Both the position numbers and the translations under genes were made by a program. A stretch of DNA of 64,000 nt from Paraspadella gotoi. Its lineage: Eukaryota > Animalia > Chaetognatha. Positions 39,191 to 50,220 of this stretch are shown piece by piece; position 1 is the stretch's first letter, and every line of letters starts with the position of its first letter. The notes under the pieces are model-generated. The model had not been told where the DNA came from. It ran no database searches and saw nothing but the letters and a program-made list of their open reading frames with translations. The DNA lies in contig JBJCIZ010000282.1 in NCBI GenBank assembly GCA_051294375.1, positions 1 to 64,000 of the forward strand, written 5' to 3'.

Positions 39191-40447
39191 TTCAGTGAAT
39201 CCTGGTTCGTAACTGCCGTTGATGTCGGACCCTGCGGCTAGGAAAGGCGTGTCGAGCGGTGTGATTTGGTTTTGGTCTGTAAACTGTAAATCTAAGAAGT
39301 CTGCTGGATTGTCGCCACTTTTTACCAGGATAATTTCAGAGGGGTGACATTCCTGTCGTATCTCCGTTATCCAGTGTAGTACGTTTGTCGGGAGCAGCTG
39401 CTGTTTGTCGTGTTGCTGGTCCATTACTCTTTTGAAGTACTGTGAGTCTGTTACTAGGCTAACCTTTCTTCCACAGATGTAACCTTTGAATTTTCTCACC
39501 ATCATATTAAAAGCGAGCGTTTCTAGGATGTTGATATGTTTTATTCTATATTCTTCAGGAAATGATTTCGAGTGGAAGCTGAGGGGGTACTCGGTTCCGT
39601 TTGTGGTTGCAGTGATTAGGCCCCCCATAGCGCTTGTACTTGCATCGGCGTATATTTTGTATTCGCCATTTTTGATTTTTGCATCATTTAGGAAATTTAG
39701 TCCTGGCGTTGATTTAATTTCCTCCACTAGTGTTTCTAGAGCCTTCCTGTGTTCGTTCTTGAACTCAAAGTCTTTCCTGTCAACTAGGGTTAGTGCATGG
39801 AGTGGTTGTGCCAGATACGAAAACCGGTGCGTGAAGCACCTGTAGTAGTTTAGCGATGCTAGCAGCGCGCGCAGTTCCTTCTGCGTCTTAATTTCTTTCA
39901 GTCTCAGTTCGACTTGTTCTAACTTCTCTTTTTGTGGTTTTAGCTTATCTTTCGAGATGCTGAAGCCAAGGATCTTGATGTCGTCCTTCCTTAGGAGGAC
40001 GCTTTTCGTCCACTTGAGGACCACATTTTCTTTTCTGCAAATCTCGAGGAATTCTCTGTCTGCCATCTCCTCAGGTGACTTCGCTGTAAGGATCAGGTCG
40101 TCTACGTAGATGAGGAAGCTTTTGACGTCTCTTCCTAATTCTGCGAAGATCTCATCGAGTATTGCCTGTAGCACGTTTATGCTGTTTACTCCCCCCATCG
40201 AGAGTTTGTTCATTTTCCAGTTGTGACCCGCGCCTGCGAAGGTGGTTACAGGCTTGCATCTGTCCGTTAATTTTACTTGATGGAAGCAGGCAAGAATATC
40301 TACTGAGCATTGGAGCTCGTGAGGTTTATATTGCTCTAGGATGGATGCAATTGTTTGTGGCTCAGTGGCAAAGGTTGATATGTTTTTATTTACCGCTGAG
40401 AGGTCGCATATAAGGCGCCATTGCTTGGCGAATGTTTCATCGTCCAT
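39149..40447 (-). CDS. pol: Reverse transcriptase + RNase H (Ty3/Gypsy type)
   Basis: WRLICDLSAVNK, SVDILACFHQV, LSMGGVNS, IYVDDL; RNase H motifs IYADAS, PLSFHSK, INILETLA, LVTDSQ, NPADFL. Confidence 0.97.
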   Translation of the reverse strand: MDDETFAKQWRLICDLSAVNKNISTFATEPQTIASILEQYKPHELQCSVDILACFHQVKLTDRCKPVTTFAGAGHNWKMNKLSMGGVNSINVLQAILDEIFAELGRDVKSFLIYVDDLILTAKSPEEMADREFLEICRKENVVLKWTKSVLLRKDDIKILGFSISKDKLKPQKEKLEQVELRLKEIKTQKELRALLASLNYYRCFTHRFSYLAQPLHALTLVDRKDFEFKNEHRKALETLVEEIKSTPGLNFLNDAKIKNGEYKIYADASTSAMGGLITATTNGTEYPLSFHSKSFPEEYRIKHINILETLAFNMMVRKFKGYICGRKVSLVTDSQYFKRVMDQQHDKQQLLPTNVLHWITEIRQECHPSEIILVKSGDNPADFLDLQFTDQNQITPLDTPFLAAGSDINGSYEPGFTEEPLSGRSWPGHLE

Positions 40448-40576
40448 TTCGTTTTGTCCTTCTTTGATGTGGTTTGGCTTCTTTATAAGGAAGGCATTCG
40501 AGTAAGCTTCGCCTGTCGTTCTGGAGACGCCTGCTTGTTCGTATACCTCCAGGTATCTCTTTATCTCTTTATCTCT

Positions 40577-42286
40577 TTATCTCTTTACTGGACCTTGGTT
40601 CATGAATCTCGGCTTGGTTAGGTTGTTTGTCGTGAAGCCTAGGTCGACCTTGTAATTTAGGAAACCTTCTTTACAATCGTTTATCGATTCGCCGAATACA
40701 TCCCTGTATTCCCAGAACCACGTTAGCACCTCCTCCGGCTTTCTCGCTGAGGGATGGTCTATTTCTTGGAACGGCTTTAGGAAGGCCTCGCGACCTCTGT
40801 CGTCATGTTTTTGTCTCCTGCTTCTAGCTTTATCTGCCTGTTCGATCTCCTCCTTTGAGGGTACATGCCTTATAATCGTTGTCGGAGGGATTTCCGTTCC
40901 ACATGCTTTTCGCAGTCGGGGTTCTGTTCCCGTGAAGTCGGCGTCCACAGGTCTGCCCGCGCAGTGCGGTTTTAAGCCCAACTCTCTGGCTGCGTTCTCT
41001 GCGATGATTATCCTGGCTGATCCCCAAGTGCCAGGTTTTCCGGGGAGATCTACTCCTTCTTTTAGGTCGTTCCCCGTCACGGTTACTGCTGTTTTTCCAT
41101 CTGTTGATTCCATTAGCCACTTCGAATTGGCTAGAGATTTCCAGTACGTGCGGGCTGCTCTGACCTTGGCGCCCGCGATGCCATTTGTTTCGGCATACAG
41201 GGGGATTTCTGTTTTGTCGTCTACATATTGTCTGGCCAGCCATCTGGCGGCCCTGAGGGCGCTCTGCTTTTTTTTGAAAAGGTGGGTGACTGGTTTGCCA
41301 TTCATATGAGCTACCTGGGTGTCATCCTTGTCGTTCGGAGTCACTACCCACATTTCGTTGCTGGGCCCGGGGTCGGTTGTCGCGGTGCCTAGGATGACGT
41401 CCCTGTCTTCTGCATCGGGTGAGATGAAGAATACTGTGTCCAGGATCCAGTTCTGGAACATCACTCTCAAGTTTAGCCTTTCTCTTATAGTAATCGGTCC
41501 GTTTCCTGTTGTTACTCTTAGTGGGGTTCCGCTATATATCTTATTCATCAGCGACCATTCGTATACGAATTTTCTTGGTATCATGTTTATGGAGGCGCCA
41601 GTGTCGTGTAGGCAACTGGCCGGGGCTCCATTTATTACTGCTGGGATGTAATTGTTTCCCGCGTGCCTGAAGCCTTTACCCGTATCGTCCCTCGGTTTTG
41701 GACCATTTGTTTTACCTGTTGGACGAGGCGCCTCTGGCGGCGAGTCGGGTAAGCGCGGGGGCATTTGTTCATCCCTTCTAGATTTCTCCTTTGTGACGGG
41801 CAGCGTGAGCGTTTTGGGTTCGTGGCATAGGCGTTCGATCCTCCTGATCGTCTCCTGATGCAGGGACTCGCCCTGGTTTGTTCCAACGATTGTGTAAGTC
41901 GGGTTGTAAATCATTCTTCTTGACCTTATTCCACTGAATTCCACGAAAGTTCTGAGTCTTGCTTTGGCTTTGTTTTGCCTTGGTCTAACTGCCTCGTCCT
42001 GCGGAGGTGTTGGCGGCGGAGGCGGCGTTTCCTTCGGCCTGCCGTTTTCACGGTTCGCCGCCTTCTTGCAGAGTTTTTCGCATGCTTTTAAGCGTTTTAC
42101 ATGTGCGAATTTGTCCTTCATGGAGAAACTTTTCCATGGGACCTCAGATTCCTTAACTATGGCCGTGGCTAACAGGTGTCTGTCTCGAACCCCTAGTGGG
42201 GCGAATAACTTGTAGTCTAGCTGCTGCGTCTTTGCCCCTGAATTTGATCGCTGTCTTGGCGCAGTCGGCGAATTTTGCCAGGGCAT
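40577..42286 (-). CDS. pol: Gag C-terminus / retropepsin aspartic protease / start of RT region (frameshifted at both ends)
   Basis: YIPAVINGAPASCLHDTGASINMIP (DTG active site) and downstream DVILG motif; EYRDVF pre-RT motif. Confidence 0.92.
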   Translation of the reverse strand: MPWQNSPTAPRQRSNSGAKTQQLDYKLFAPLGVRDRHLLATAIVKESEVPWKSFSMKDKFAHVKRLKACEKLCKKAANRENGRPKETPPPPPTPPQDEAVRPRQNKAKARLRTFVEFSGIRSRRMIYNPTYTIVGTNQGESLHQETIRRIERLCHEPKTLTLPVTKEKSRRDEQMPPRLPDSPPEAPRPTGKTNGPKPRDDTGKGFRHAGNNYIPAVINGAPASCLHDTGASINMIPRKFVYEWSLMNKIYSGTPLRVTTGNGPITIRERLNLRVMFQNWILDTVFFISPDAEDRDVILGTATTDPGPSNEMWVVTPNDKDDTQVAHMNGKPVTHLFKKKQSALRAARWLARQYVDDKTEIPLYAETNGIAGAKVRAARTYWKSLANSKWLMESTDGKTAVTVTGNDLKEGVDLPGKPGTWGSARIIIAENAARELGLKPHCAGRPVDADFTGTEPRLRKACGTEIPPTTIIRHVPSKEEIEQADKARSRRQKHDDRGREAFLKPFQEIDHPSARKPEEVLTWFWEYRDVFGESINDCKEGFLNYKVDLGFTTNNLTKPRFMNQGPVKR

Positions 42287-43745
42287 CAGACGGTTGCCAT
42301 TTCTTTGCGGCGTTTTTGATTCTGTCAGCGGCGTCGTTTGCTAGCATTGCCGCTTTGGCCCTTTCCGGGGGATTTCCTTTTTCTGACTTTGGGCATGGTA
42401 ATAATAAGTAATTGTAATTTTCGAAAGCTTTATTGGTGCTTTGGACATCATCTAATTTGTCAGTTACAATTGCGTCTCTGCGCCTAAATTCAAATTTATC
42501 CCGTCGGAAATTTCTGTCCGTGCGGGCTTGCCTGCCTTGCCAGCGTTTGTCGTTCCCCCCATCGCGCCTGTCGCGCCACTCGGGGCGTCTCGTGTCTCTA
42601 GGCTGGCGTCCTCTCCATCTTCCGTCGTCCTTCTTGGTTTTGACGGCCCTTTGGATCGCCGACATGCTTTTGGTGAGCTTCTCCATGAGTTCACGCGTGT
42701 TGTTTGCTTCTTGCATCATTGCGCCTTGGTAGAGGGCGTTCGCGCTTTCGGCAGGGTTTTTGTCGCTCAGACCCTTCTATAGGAGCGAGTCCGTGAGGAT
42801 TTGACGATCGTTGTCCTTCACGGAATTTATGAAGCGACGAGCAGTGCCCTCCGATTTATATCCATACGTTTCCAGCCATCCTCGTAGGATCCACTCTATT
42901 TCTTTCCCTAATTCCCGGCGGTTTCCCGTGTCGATAAGTTTCCTGAATTTGAGGACTTCCCTCGATATACCCGGGGCGTACGGGTCCAATGCTTTAGTCA
43001 GCAGACGGGCTACGTGGCGTGAGACTGCGTCTCTCTCCTCCGGTGCGACGCAGTCGAACTTTTTGTAGATTGAATTGACGAGCGGGAGTCCGTATTCGGA
43101 GTGTTCCTTTGGGTCCATTTTCACCACTATCTTCTCGGCTATCTCCGCAGTCGTGACTGACGATTCCTTGCACATCGATTCGAGGCCTTTCCATAGGCTG
43201 CCGCCTATGGGGTCGACATACCAATTCGCCTCTTCGTCGCGGGCGAGGACGGCCTGTAGTTGCTCGTTTACTCGTCTCTCGTCGAAGTCGCAGTTCTTAA
43301 GGTTCCTGTAGATGCCGCGCAGGAATTCCATTGGCTTCTCTCCTTCGCGTCGCCTATCCATTTTTACTGGTGCGCGTGAGAGCGGGTTGGCCGAAATTGA
43401 GCGCGGAGCCGGTTGTCTGGCGTTTCCTCCGTTGGATGCGCTTCTTCGGCGGTCCTCGGGAGAGTAGGCGTCCGGACCCTCCTCTCTCGGCGTTGTGGCC
43501 AGTTCCTCCACTGCTTGTGCCAGGTCGGCCATCTTTCGGGCGAGGGCCCTGGTTTCGGCGGCTGCTTGGCGGGATTCGGTCCTGCCGTCGTAATAGACGA
43601 CCATTCCGGTTCATCTATCCAAGTAGGCTCCTACCATGCCCTGCATGGCGTCTGATGGTTTCTCTCCGGCCGGTGCAGTGGGTTGCAGCGGCGGTATCGA
43701 TTCTTTGCTTGCCCCCTTCTCACCTATGCCAAGTAGTTTTGCCAT
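42153..43745 (-). pseudogene. gag: Gag-like ORF1, interrupted by in-frame TGA (43611-13) and TAG (42777-79)
   Basis: First ORF after the PBS; ORFs 42777-43604 and 42153-42719 are in the same frame; Arg-rich basic block (RWRGRQPRDTRRPEWRDRR), no CCHC knuckle. Called mainly by position. Confidence 0.75.
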
Positions 43746-43886
43746 GTCTAAGATGGAGCGAGACTTGGTTTTTGGCTCAATCTTGTCAGGTGAGAGGGCC
43801 CAAATGGTTTGCGCTTGTTTTAGGTTTGCGTTGGTCGAGCGTCTCTTCGGTTCCTTTTTGCATGGTTTGTTTTATTTCTTTAATTC

Positions 43887-43908
43887 TCGAATCTCGTCGG
43901 TGACACCA
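43887..43908 (-). promoter_or_regulatory. Primer-binding site of family A (primer tRNA not assigned)
   Basis: Minus strand TGGTGTCACCGACGAGATTCGA follows the LTR directly; its complement reads like a tRNA 3' end (TCGAATC...ACCA). Confidence 0.85.
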
Positions 43909-44268
43909 CTTTGCCGTTTTGTACTATTTTTGGCGAATAAAATATCATGATCGAAAATAGAGGCAAACAGAGTTTATTTAATTATTTACAATTTAAGCGC
44001 AGTCACAAAATCTAAGCTAGAAATTATTGTACAACCATTCGGGCCGAGGGCAGCTTCACTTCTGAAATCATAGTCTCTCCTTCCTATTCCCTCGGCCCAT
44101 GAAACGTCCCCTTTGCCCTAGTCCCACTCGAAGCCCTATGATTTGCTATGACGTTTGTGCACGATCGAATGAGAGAGAGGGAGAGAGTGAGAGGGGGGAA
44201 AGGGGAGAGAGAGAGAGAGAGAGATAGGGTTGATCTGAAAGGGGAGGCGGATCCCGTATCCGCTGACG
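43909..44268 (-). repeat. 5' LTR of family A
   Basis: Matches 33888-34247 except one C/T (33927 vs 43948); contains a (CT)n tract and AATAAA on the minus strand; directly abuts the PBS. Confidence 0.97.
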
Positions 44269-45405
44269 ATATGGTTCATAAAAATTCAAATTTTACATAG
44301 TAAAAGTCAGTTATCAAATTTAAAATGATACACATAAAACGTCAATGACTTTTCTAACTAATAAAATAAATCATTCTAAAATTCTAAATACATACAGAAA
44401 TGGGAGCGATTTTATTAATGCCATCCTTTCTGAGTCAAGGGGTAAATGGAAAACATGATTATGATCAAGTATTATTCAATATTCATATTATGAACAAATT
44501 TGTTTAATTATGGTTCATGATACATTTAATACAGTCCATTAATAAAAAAAAGTATGAAAAAAAAGTAATCGTTTTAATAGGATCAATAGTAAAGTCCTGT
44601 ACCAAAGTAAAAATTCTACTTCTTCAGAAATTTACCCTCTAAGAAAAATAGTTATTATATAATAGAATATTTATTTTATATCCTAGCTAGAATTGGTGTA
44701 AAACTAAAGTCAAGTATTTTTCTATTAGTATAAACAAATCTTATAATGCGATTTTATTCGAATACAACGAGATTGATTCAGTGCAATCATCATTAACAAA
44801 CAAACAAACAAACAATATAACCGGATTGCTCTTGGTTTCGATTATATTACAAGTTTTTTGTATCAATCCAGATTGAAGTCCCTGTACAATGTACATTGTA
44901 CAATGTACACACATTGTACACTTTGTACACACATTGTACAGTGAACATAATACATAGTGCCGCCACACAACCCGCAGGTTTAATGTTATACGTCGTCTAC
45001 TTTATGAGCCGATGCAGAGGCAATGATGAGAATTCATCGGTCCCAGAAGGTATAATCATCAGAGCTAACGAAGGTGATAAATATTGATTGATTGATCCAG
45101 TAACTGAGAAATAGTGACAAAGAACATTAGAAAAAGAGAGATATTGAAGAATTAATAATATAAGTTAAACGCTAGAGCGTTGAAAAATAACAAAATATAA
45201 CAAATCAAGTAAGGTACATAGTAGAGTGATGTGAAAATGATAAAATTTTAGAAAATTAAAATTTAGCATATAAAACATGAAAATAAAAACTAATACAAAT
45301 ACTTTGGTAAATTTATTTTTAAATTTTATACATTAGTGGCCAAGAGTGAACGATATTTATATATAGTAATAAGTATATTATAAGCTAAAATTTCAAAATA
45401 CAAAT

Positions 45406-46130
45406 TTTTAGTCGGATCTGCTTTCAGCAGATCCCGACTCTAACTCACTTTGTCGGTCGTCGGTCCGCCCCCTCAATATTGTCGGGCACACACTATATCA
45501 TGTCAGAACATCGAATTATGATAAATTATGCAAAAAAAACGATGTCCGTCCGTCCGTCCGTCCTCCGTCTGTCCGTCCGTCCGTCCCACCTTAGCAAAAA
45601 ACTCCAATTACTCGTGATTGGATGGATGGATTGGTATGAAATTTTGTGTGTGGGTAGGAAAACAGTGTGATTGAGATGGATATGAAGTCTCGAGGGAATC
45701 GTGCGAGTGGAAATTGGTTTAAATGGAAAAAAAAAAATATATTTCACTATTTTAACGCCAATTGCTCATGAGTGGATAGGGCAATTGAATTGAAATTTTT
45801 TATGATGGTAGGGAAGTGTGAGATTGAGCTGGATATAAAGTTTCGATGGAATCGTGCGAGTGGAAATGAGTTAAAATGGAAAAAACAAAAGTCATATTAC
45901 TTGAAGTATTTTTACTTAAATTTACTCATAATTATTATGTTTATTAAAAATTGGATAGATAAATCGAAAATGAATTTTGTGTGTGGGTAGGAAAGTATGT
46001 GATAAAGCTGGATATAAATTTTTTGATAGAATCGTAGGAGTGGAAAAGAGTTCAAATTAGAAAACCAAAAGACACATTTATTTGAATTTTTTAAAGTTTC
46101 TCTTCTCTATCTCTCTCTGATTGATTGATG

Positions 46131-46172
<42 letters not shown>

Positions 46173-46595
46173 CCAAATTATGCCAATTGAAAAAAATATG
46201 CCAGTTGACCAAATTCTTAAAGTTCACCAAATTATGCCAGTTGACCAAATTTGTGCAGTTGATCAAGTTCTGCAAGTTGACCAAATTATGCCTGTTGACC
46301 AATTATGCCTGTTGACCAATCATGCCAGTTGACCAAATTATGCCAGTTGACCAAATTATGCCAGTTGACCAAATTATGCTAGTTGACCAAATTAGGCAAG
46401 TGATAAATTTGGCCAGTTGACCAAATTATGCCGGTTGACCAAATTATCTTAATTGATCAAATTATGTCAGTTGACAAATTATGTCAGTTGACCAATTATG
46501 TCAGTTGACCAAATTATGTCAGTTGAACTAAATTACGTCAGTTGACCAAATTATGTCAGTTGACCAAATTATGTCAGTTGACCAAATTATGTCAT
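45406..46595 (+). mobile_element. 3'-truncated H1 element nested in hAT-3
   Basis: 5' hairpin, (GTCC)n, (GATT)n, ending in an 18-bp tandem array. Confidence 0.78.
46168..46595 (+). repeat. 18-bp minisatellite (TTGACCAAATTATGYCAG)n, roughly 23 units
   Basis: Direct head-to-tail repeats without spacers; shorter arrays near 8120, 18005, 33100 and 48430. Confidence 0.92.
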
Positions 46596-47867
46596 ATGGA
46601 ATTGCGGGCTGAAACGATCGGGCGTAATGGTATATATAATTATAATTTTTTATAATTTTAACCTACTTAATGACATAATTTTTGAAAAAGATTTATATTT
46701 TCTTTTATCAACTTTAAACAAGGAATCTGAATCTGTTTTCAGAATTTAAAAAAAAATATTTTGAAATTTTGACATTATATAAGAGAAGTACTATATACAA
46801 AATAATCTGACTGGGCTACTATATTTATAAAAAAAGAAAAATAATTACAGATTAGTATTTACTAATATGATAGTTTACAAGATATATTTGCTAAATTTTG
46901 ATTCCAAACTTTCACTTCGCCCTAGTACATAGCTATTTTAGTGTAAAGTAGTCTGTAGAATTCGATGGTGATGACCATTTATTTGTATAATTTTATCTTT
47001 CTTGTCGAAAATGACGGTTTTTAATGTATATAAAATTGTTATAAAATAGCAAAACTATTATAAGTTATGATAAATCAAATTATGAAAATTTTATAAAATT
47101 TATATGAGCTTTTGAAATATAAAAATAAAGACTTATAAAAATATTTTGGTAAGTTTATTTCTAAATTTTATGTTTTATTAAAAGTTCGTTAACTATATTT
47201 ATTAATAATTATGAGTAAAAATTAGGTTAAAGTTAAAAAAGAATAATTTCAAAATTTTTTTATGGATTTGCATAATATAATAATAATATAATTTTTATAT
47301 CAAAATTATGTCATTAAGTTGGTCAAAATTCAGAAAAACTATAATTTTAAGCTAAAAATTAAAAAATTAAACAAAAATAATAGTTTTTCATATTTTTAAC
47401 CTACTTAATGAAAGATTTTTTTTAAATGGATTATACTTTCTTATATCAACTTTTGAAAGGAATTCAAATCCGGTTTTAAAATTTTTATTTTTTTACTTTA
47501 GCTTATTTTTTATAATTATTTATTAATAAATATAGCTAACAAACTATTAATAAAATATAAAATTTGTAAATAAACTTACCAAAATATTTATATGGGTCTT
47601 TATTTTTATATTATGTAAGTTAGAGATGGCGTTTATAAAATCTTAATAATTTGAGTTTCTTATACTCTACAATGTTTGCGCCATTTTAATAGCACCTTAT
47701 GTGCTGCAAAAATCCCCATTTCCGACAAAGAAGATGAGACTATACAAAAAAATGGTTATCATCATCGAATTCTACAGACTTTATTACACTAAAATAGCTA
47801 TGTACCTCACTTGATTTGTTATATTTCGTTATTTTTCAACGCCCTATTAAACGCTTATGAAATTGGT

Positions 47868-48722
47868 TTTTAGTCGGTTCTGCTTATCAGCAGATTCCGA
47901 CTCAATAATCCACTTTGTCGGTACGTCGGTCCCACCCTTAAATCTTGTCGGTAAATCATTATTATCATATCAGAACATCGAGTTATGATGAATTAAAAAA
48001 ATAATGTCCGTCCGTCTGTCCGTCCCCCTTAGCATTAAACTCCAATTACACGTGATTGGATGGATGTATTAAAATGAAATTTGTGTGTGGGTAGGAAAGT
48101 GTGTGATTGAGCTGGATATAAATTTTCAATAGAATTGTGCGAGTGGAAATGAGTTTAAATGGAAAAAACAAAAGTCATATTTACTTAAAGTATTTTTACT
48201 TAAATTTACTCATAAATATTATTTTTATTAATAATTGGATAAATAAATTAAATCGAAATTTTTTTGTGTGGGTAGGAAAGTATGTAATTAAGCTTGAAAT
48301 AATTTTTGATGGAATCGTAGGAGTGGAAAAGAGTTTAAATTAGAAAACCAAAAGACACATTTATTTTAATTTTTAAAAATTTTTCTATCTCTCTCTGATT
48401 GATTGGTTGATTGATATATGGATTCATTGACTGACCAAATTATGCCAGTTGATAAAATTATCCTAGTTAACCAATTTATGCTGGTTAACCAAATTATGCC
48501 AGTTGAGCAAATTATACCAGTTAACCAAATTATGTCAGTTGACCAAATTATGTCAGTTGACCAATTTAAGCAAGTTTGTTGATTTGTTATGTTACAATTT
48601 GCTATGATCTGTTAAGATCACAAATTGAAAGTCAGAAAAAAATGTGTGTGATTGATCATTGGATTAGCTTATTACCGCTAAATTAATGTAAGCAGATCCG
48701 ACATTGTTTGTTCAAACTTGTT
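47868..48722 (+). mobile_element. Complete short H1 element
   Basis: 5' AGTCGGTTCTGCTTATCAGCAGATTCCGACT hairpin and 3' GCAGATCCGACATTGTTTGTTCAAACTTG end. Confidence 0.78.
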
Positions 48723-48769
48723 AATTTTGTTTTAATCTCGACTTGTGTGAAATTTAGGATTGGCTTTTC

Positions 48770-49360
48770 TTTTTATCGAGCCTACCGGCGAAGCCGGTTC
48801 AGGCTCGATATTGATTCGGGTCAGCTTCTTTGTGACGTCGTCGTCGTCGTCGGCGTCACGTTTTTTTGTATAAAAACTACTACCCTTGTATAGTTTTGGC
48901 TGGACTTACCGTTTTTTTTTAAATAAAATTATTATTAATTACGATGAAGTTTTATAAAGTGGTGCGATCATAGTATGTTAAAAATTTAGATATGGCTTCT
49001 CATCTTAAAATAGCTCTGATATTTTCTTATTACATTTGGATTTAAGTATTTTTTTGTTTGAATTTCCATTTTATTATGATTTACTGCAATATGCAAATGA
49101 GATTATAGTACTCATTATAGTATCCAAATTAGTATATAAAAATGCTTTAATCTAATTTACATATTGCAGTATATAGTATTGAAGATGAAATTCAAAAAAA
49201 TTTTTTTTAATCTATAATAAAAATGGGAACTCAAAGGAACTTTTTTAATGAGAAGCTATATCTTAATTTTAATACAAATAAAAATAAAATCGTTAACAAC
49301 CTATGATTGGAAAAATTGTAAAAATTTCCAATTGTAAACCATTGTAACATTTTTTTACTT
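48770..49360 (+). mobile_element. H2 element 5' part
   Basis: ATCGAGCC-ACCGGCGAAGCCGGT-GGCTCGAT hairpin, (GTC)n, body shared with 20918-21570 (minus strand), 29630-30283 and 58276-58800. Confidence 0.72.
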
Positions 49361-49854
49361 TCTTTTATTTCTTAAATTATATATATATATATATTTTTGG
49401 GAGAAGTTGAATGTGACACTGTTAAAATTGATGATGAAAGCAAGTAGATAACGAGAGATGAGCTTAGGCTTAATGGGACAAGGGGCTAGGGTGAGGTTAA
49501 GAAATAAATTAGGATTTACTTTAAGATCTGTTATATTTAAGATGAGAGCAGAGAGGATTAGATATGTTGAGTCGGCAGTGAAAGACTGTGGAAAATATTT
49601 GTATTCATTTGAGAAAGGATTTAGAACAAGAATATTGGTGGCCAAATTAAGTGGCAGATTGGGAAGTTTTAAAAAAAGAATCTTATTGGGTAATGTACTG
49701 GGTACATTAAATGAGGATGGGACTATAGAGTGGGTAACTTAATTAAACGGGTTAAAATTGTTATTGGAACTTATTTAACCAATGAGGGCATTTCGTATTG
49801 GGTTTTGAGGGACACATATTTATATTTTTATTAAAATGTTGAGTATTTGTTAGC

Positions 49855-50220
49855 ATCTTATTTTGTTTTTAGCGTAAAAAATAAAAAATTAAACTTACAT
49901 TATATATTTTTTGTGTATCTGTACTTTTACACTTACGTGATATAGTTTTTTTTTGTTTCTGTTAGCGTCTCATGTCTTTTTGTGTATCTGTTAGCGTCTC
50001 ATTTCGTTTTTAGCGTCTCTTTGTCTGTTTTAATTAATATCTTACACTTACGTGATATAGTGTTTTTTATTTCTTTATTTTTTATTTTGTTTTTAGCGTC
50101 TCTTTGTCTGTTTTAATTAGTATCTTACACTTACGTGATATAGTGTTTTTTATTTCTGTTAGCGTCTCATGTTGTTTTGTGTATCTGTTAGCGTCTATTC
50201 TGTTTTAATTAGTATCTTTT
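49855..50220 (+). repeat. AT-rich tandem repeat (TTACACTTACGTGATATAG / TTAGCGTCTC units)
   Basis: 3 copies of the first motif and about 7 of the second. Confidence 0.75.

Larger units (their letters stand above)
33888..44268 (-). mobile_element. Full-length env-bearing Ty3/Gypsy LTR retrotransposon (family A)
   Basis: Two 360-bp direct repeats flanked by ATAT (33884-87, 44269-72; GATAT if the ambiguous G is included); PBS and PPT in place; domain order PR-RT-RH-IN, then a signal-peptide/TM ORF. Confidence 0.97.
45222..46924. mobile_element. hAT-3 MITE nested in the left TIR of hAT-2
   Basis: TIRs TAGAGTGATGTGAAA / TTTCACTTCGCCCTA; 8-bp TSD GTACATAG; same family as 18545-19157. Confidence 0.9.
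45173..47846. mobile_element. hAT-like element with long TIRs (hAT-2)
   Basis: Inverted ends TAGRGCGTTGAAAAATAAC...GTACATAG, continuing inward from 46925; 8-bp TSD TTAAACGC (45165-72, 47847-54). Confidence 0.9.

Noticed and set aside
42777-42779. Programmed stop read-through in gag
   Set aside because: It lies mid-Gag with no recognisable recoding signal, and the element has many other lesions; cannot be supported from one copy.
38015-43950. Plus-strand ORFs antisense to gag-pol
   Set aside because: Shadow ORFs of GC-rich coding sequence with no motifs.
46168-46595. CRISPR-like regular repeat
   Set aside because: Units are contiguous with no unique spacers, there are no cas genes, and the context is eukaryotic; it is a minisatellite.
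49355-49742. Possible host exon (also 44896-45087)
   Set aside because: No recognisable domain; embedded among TE fragments.
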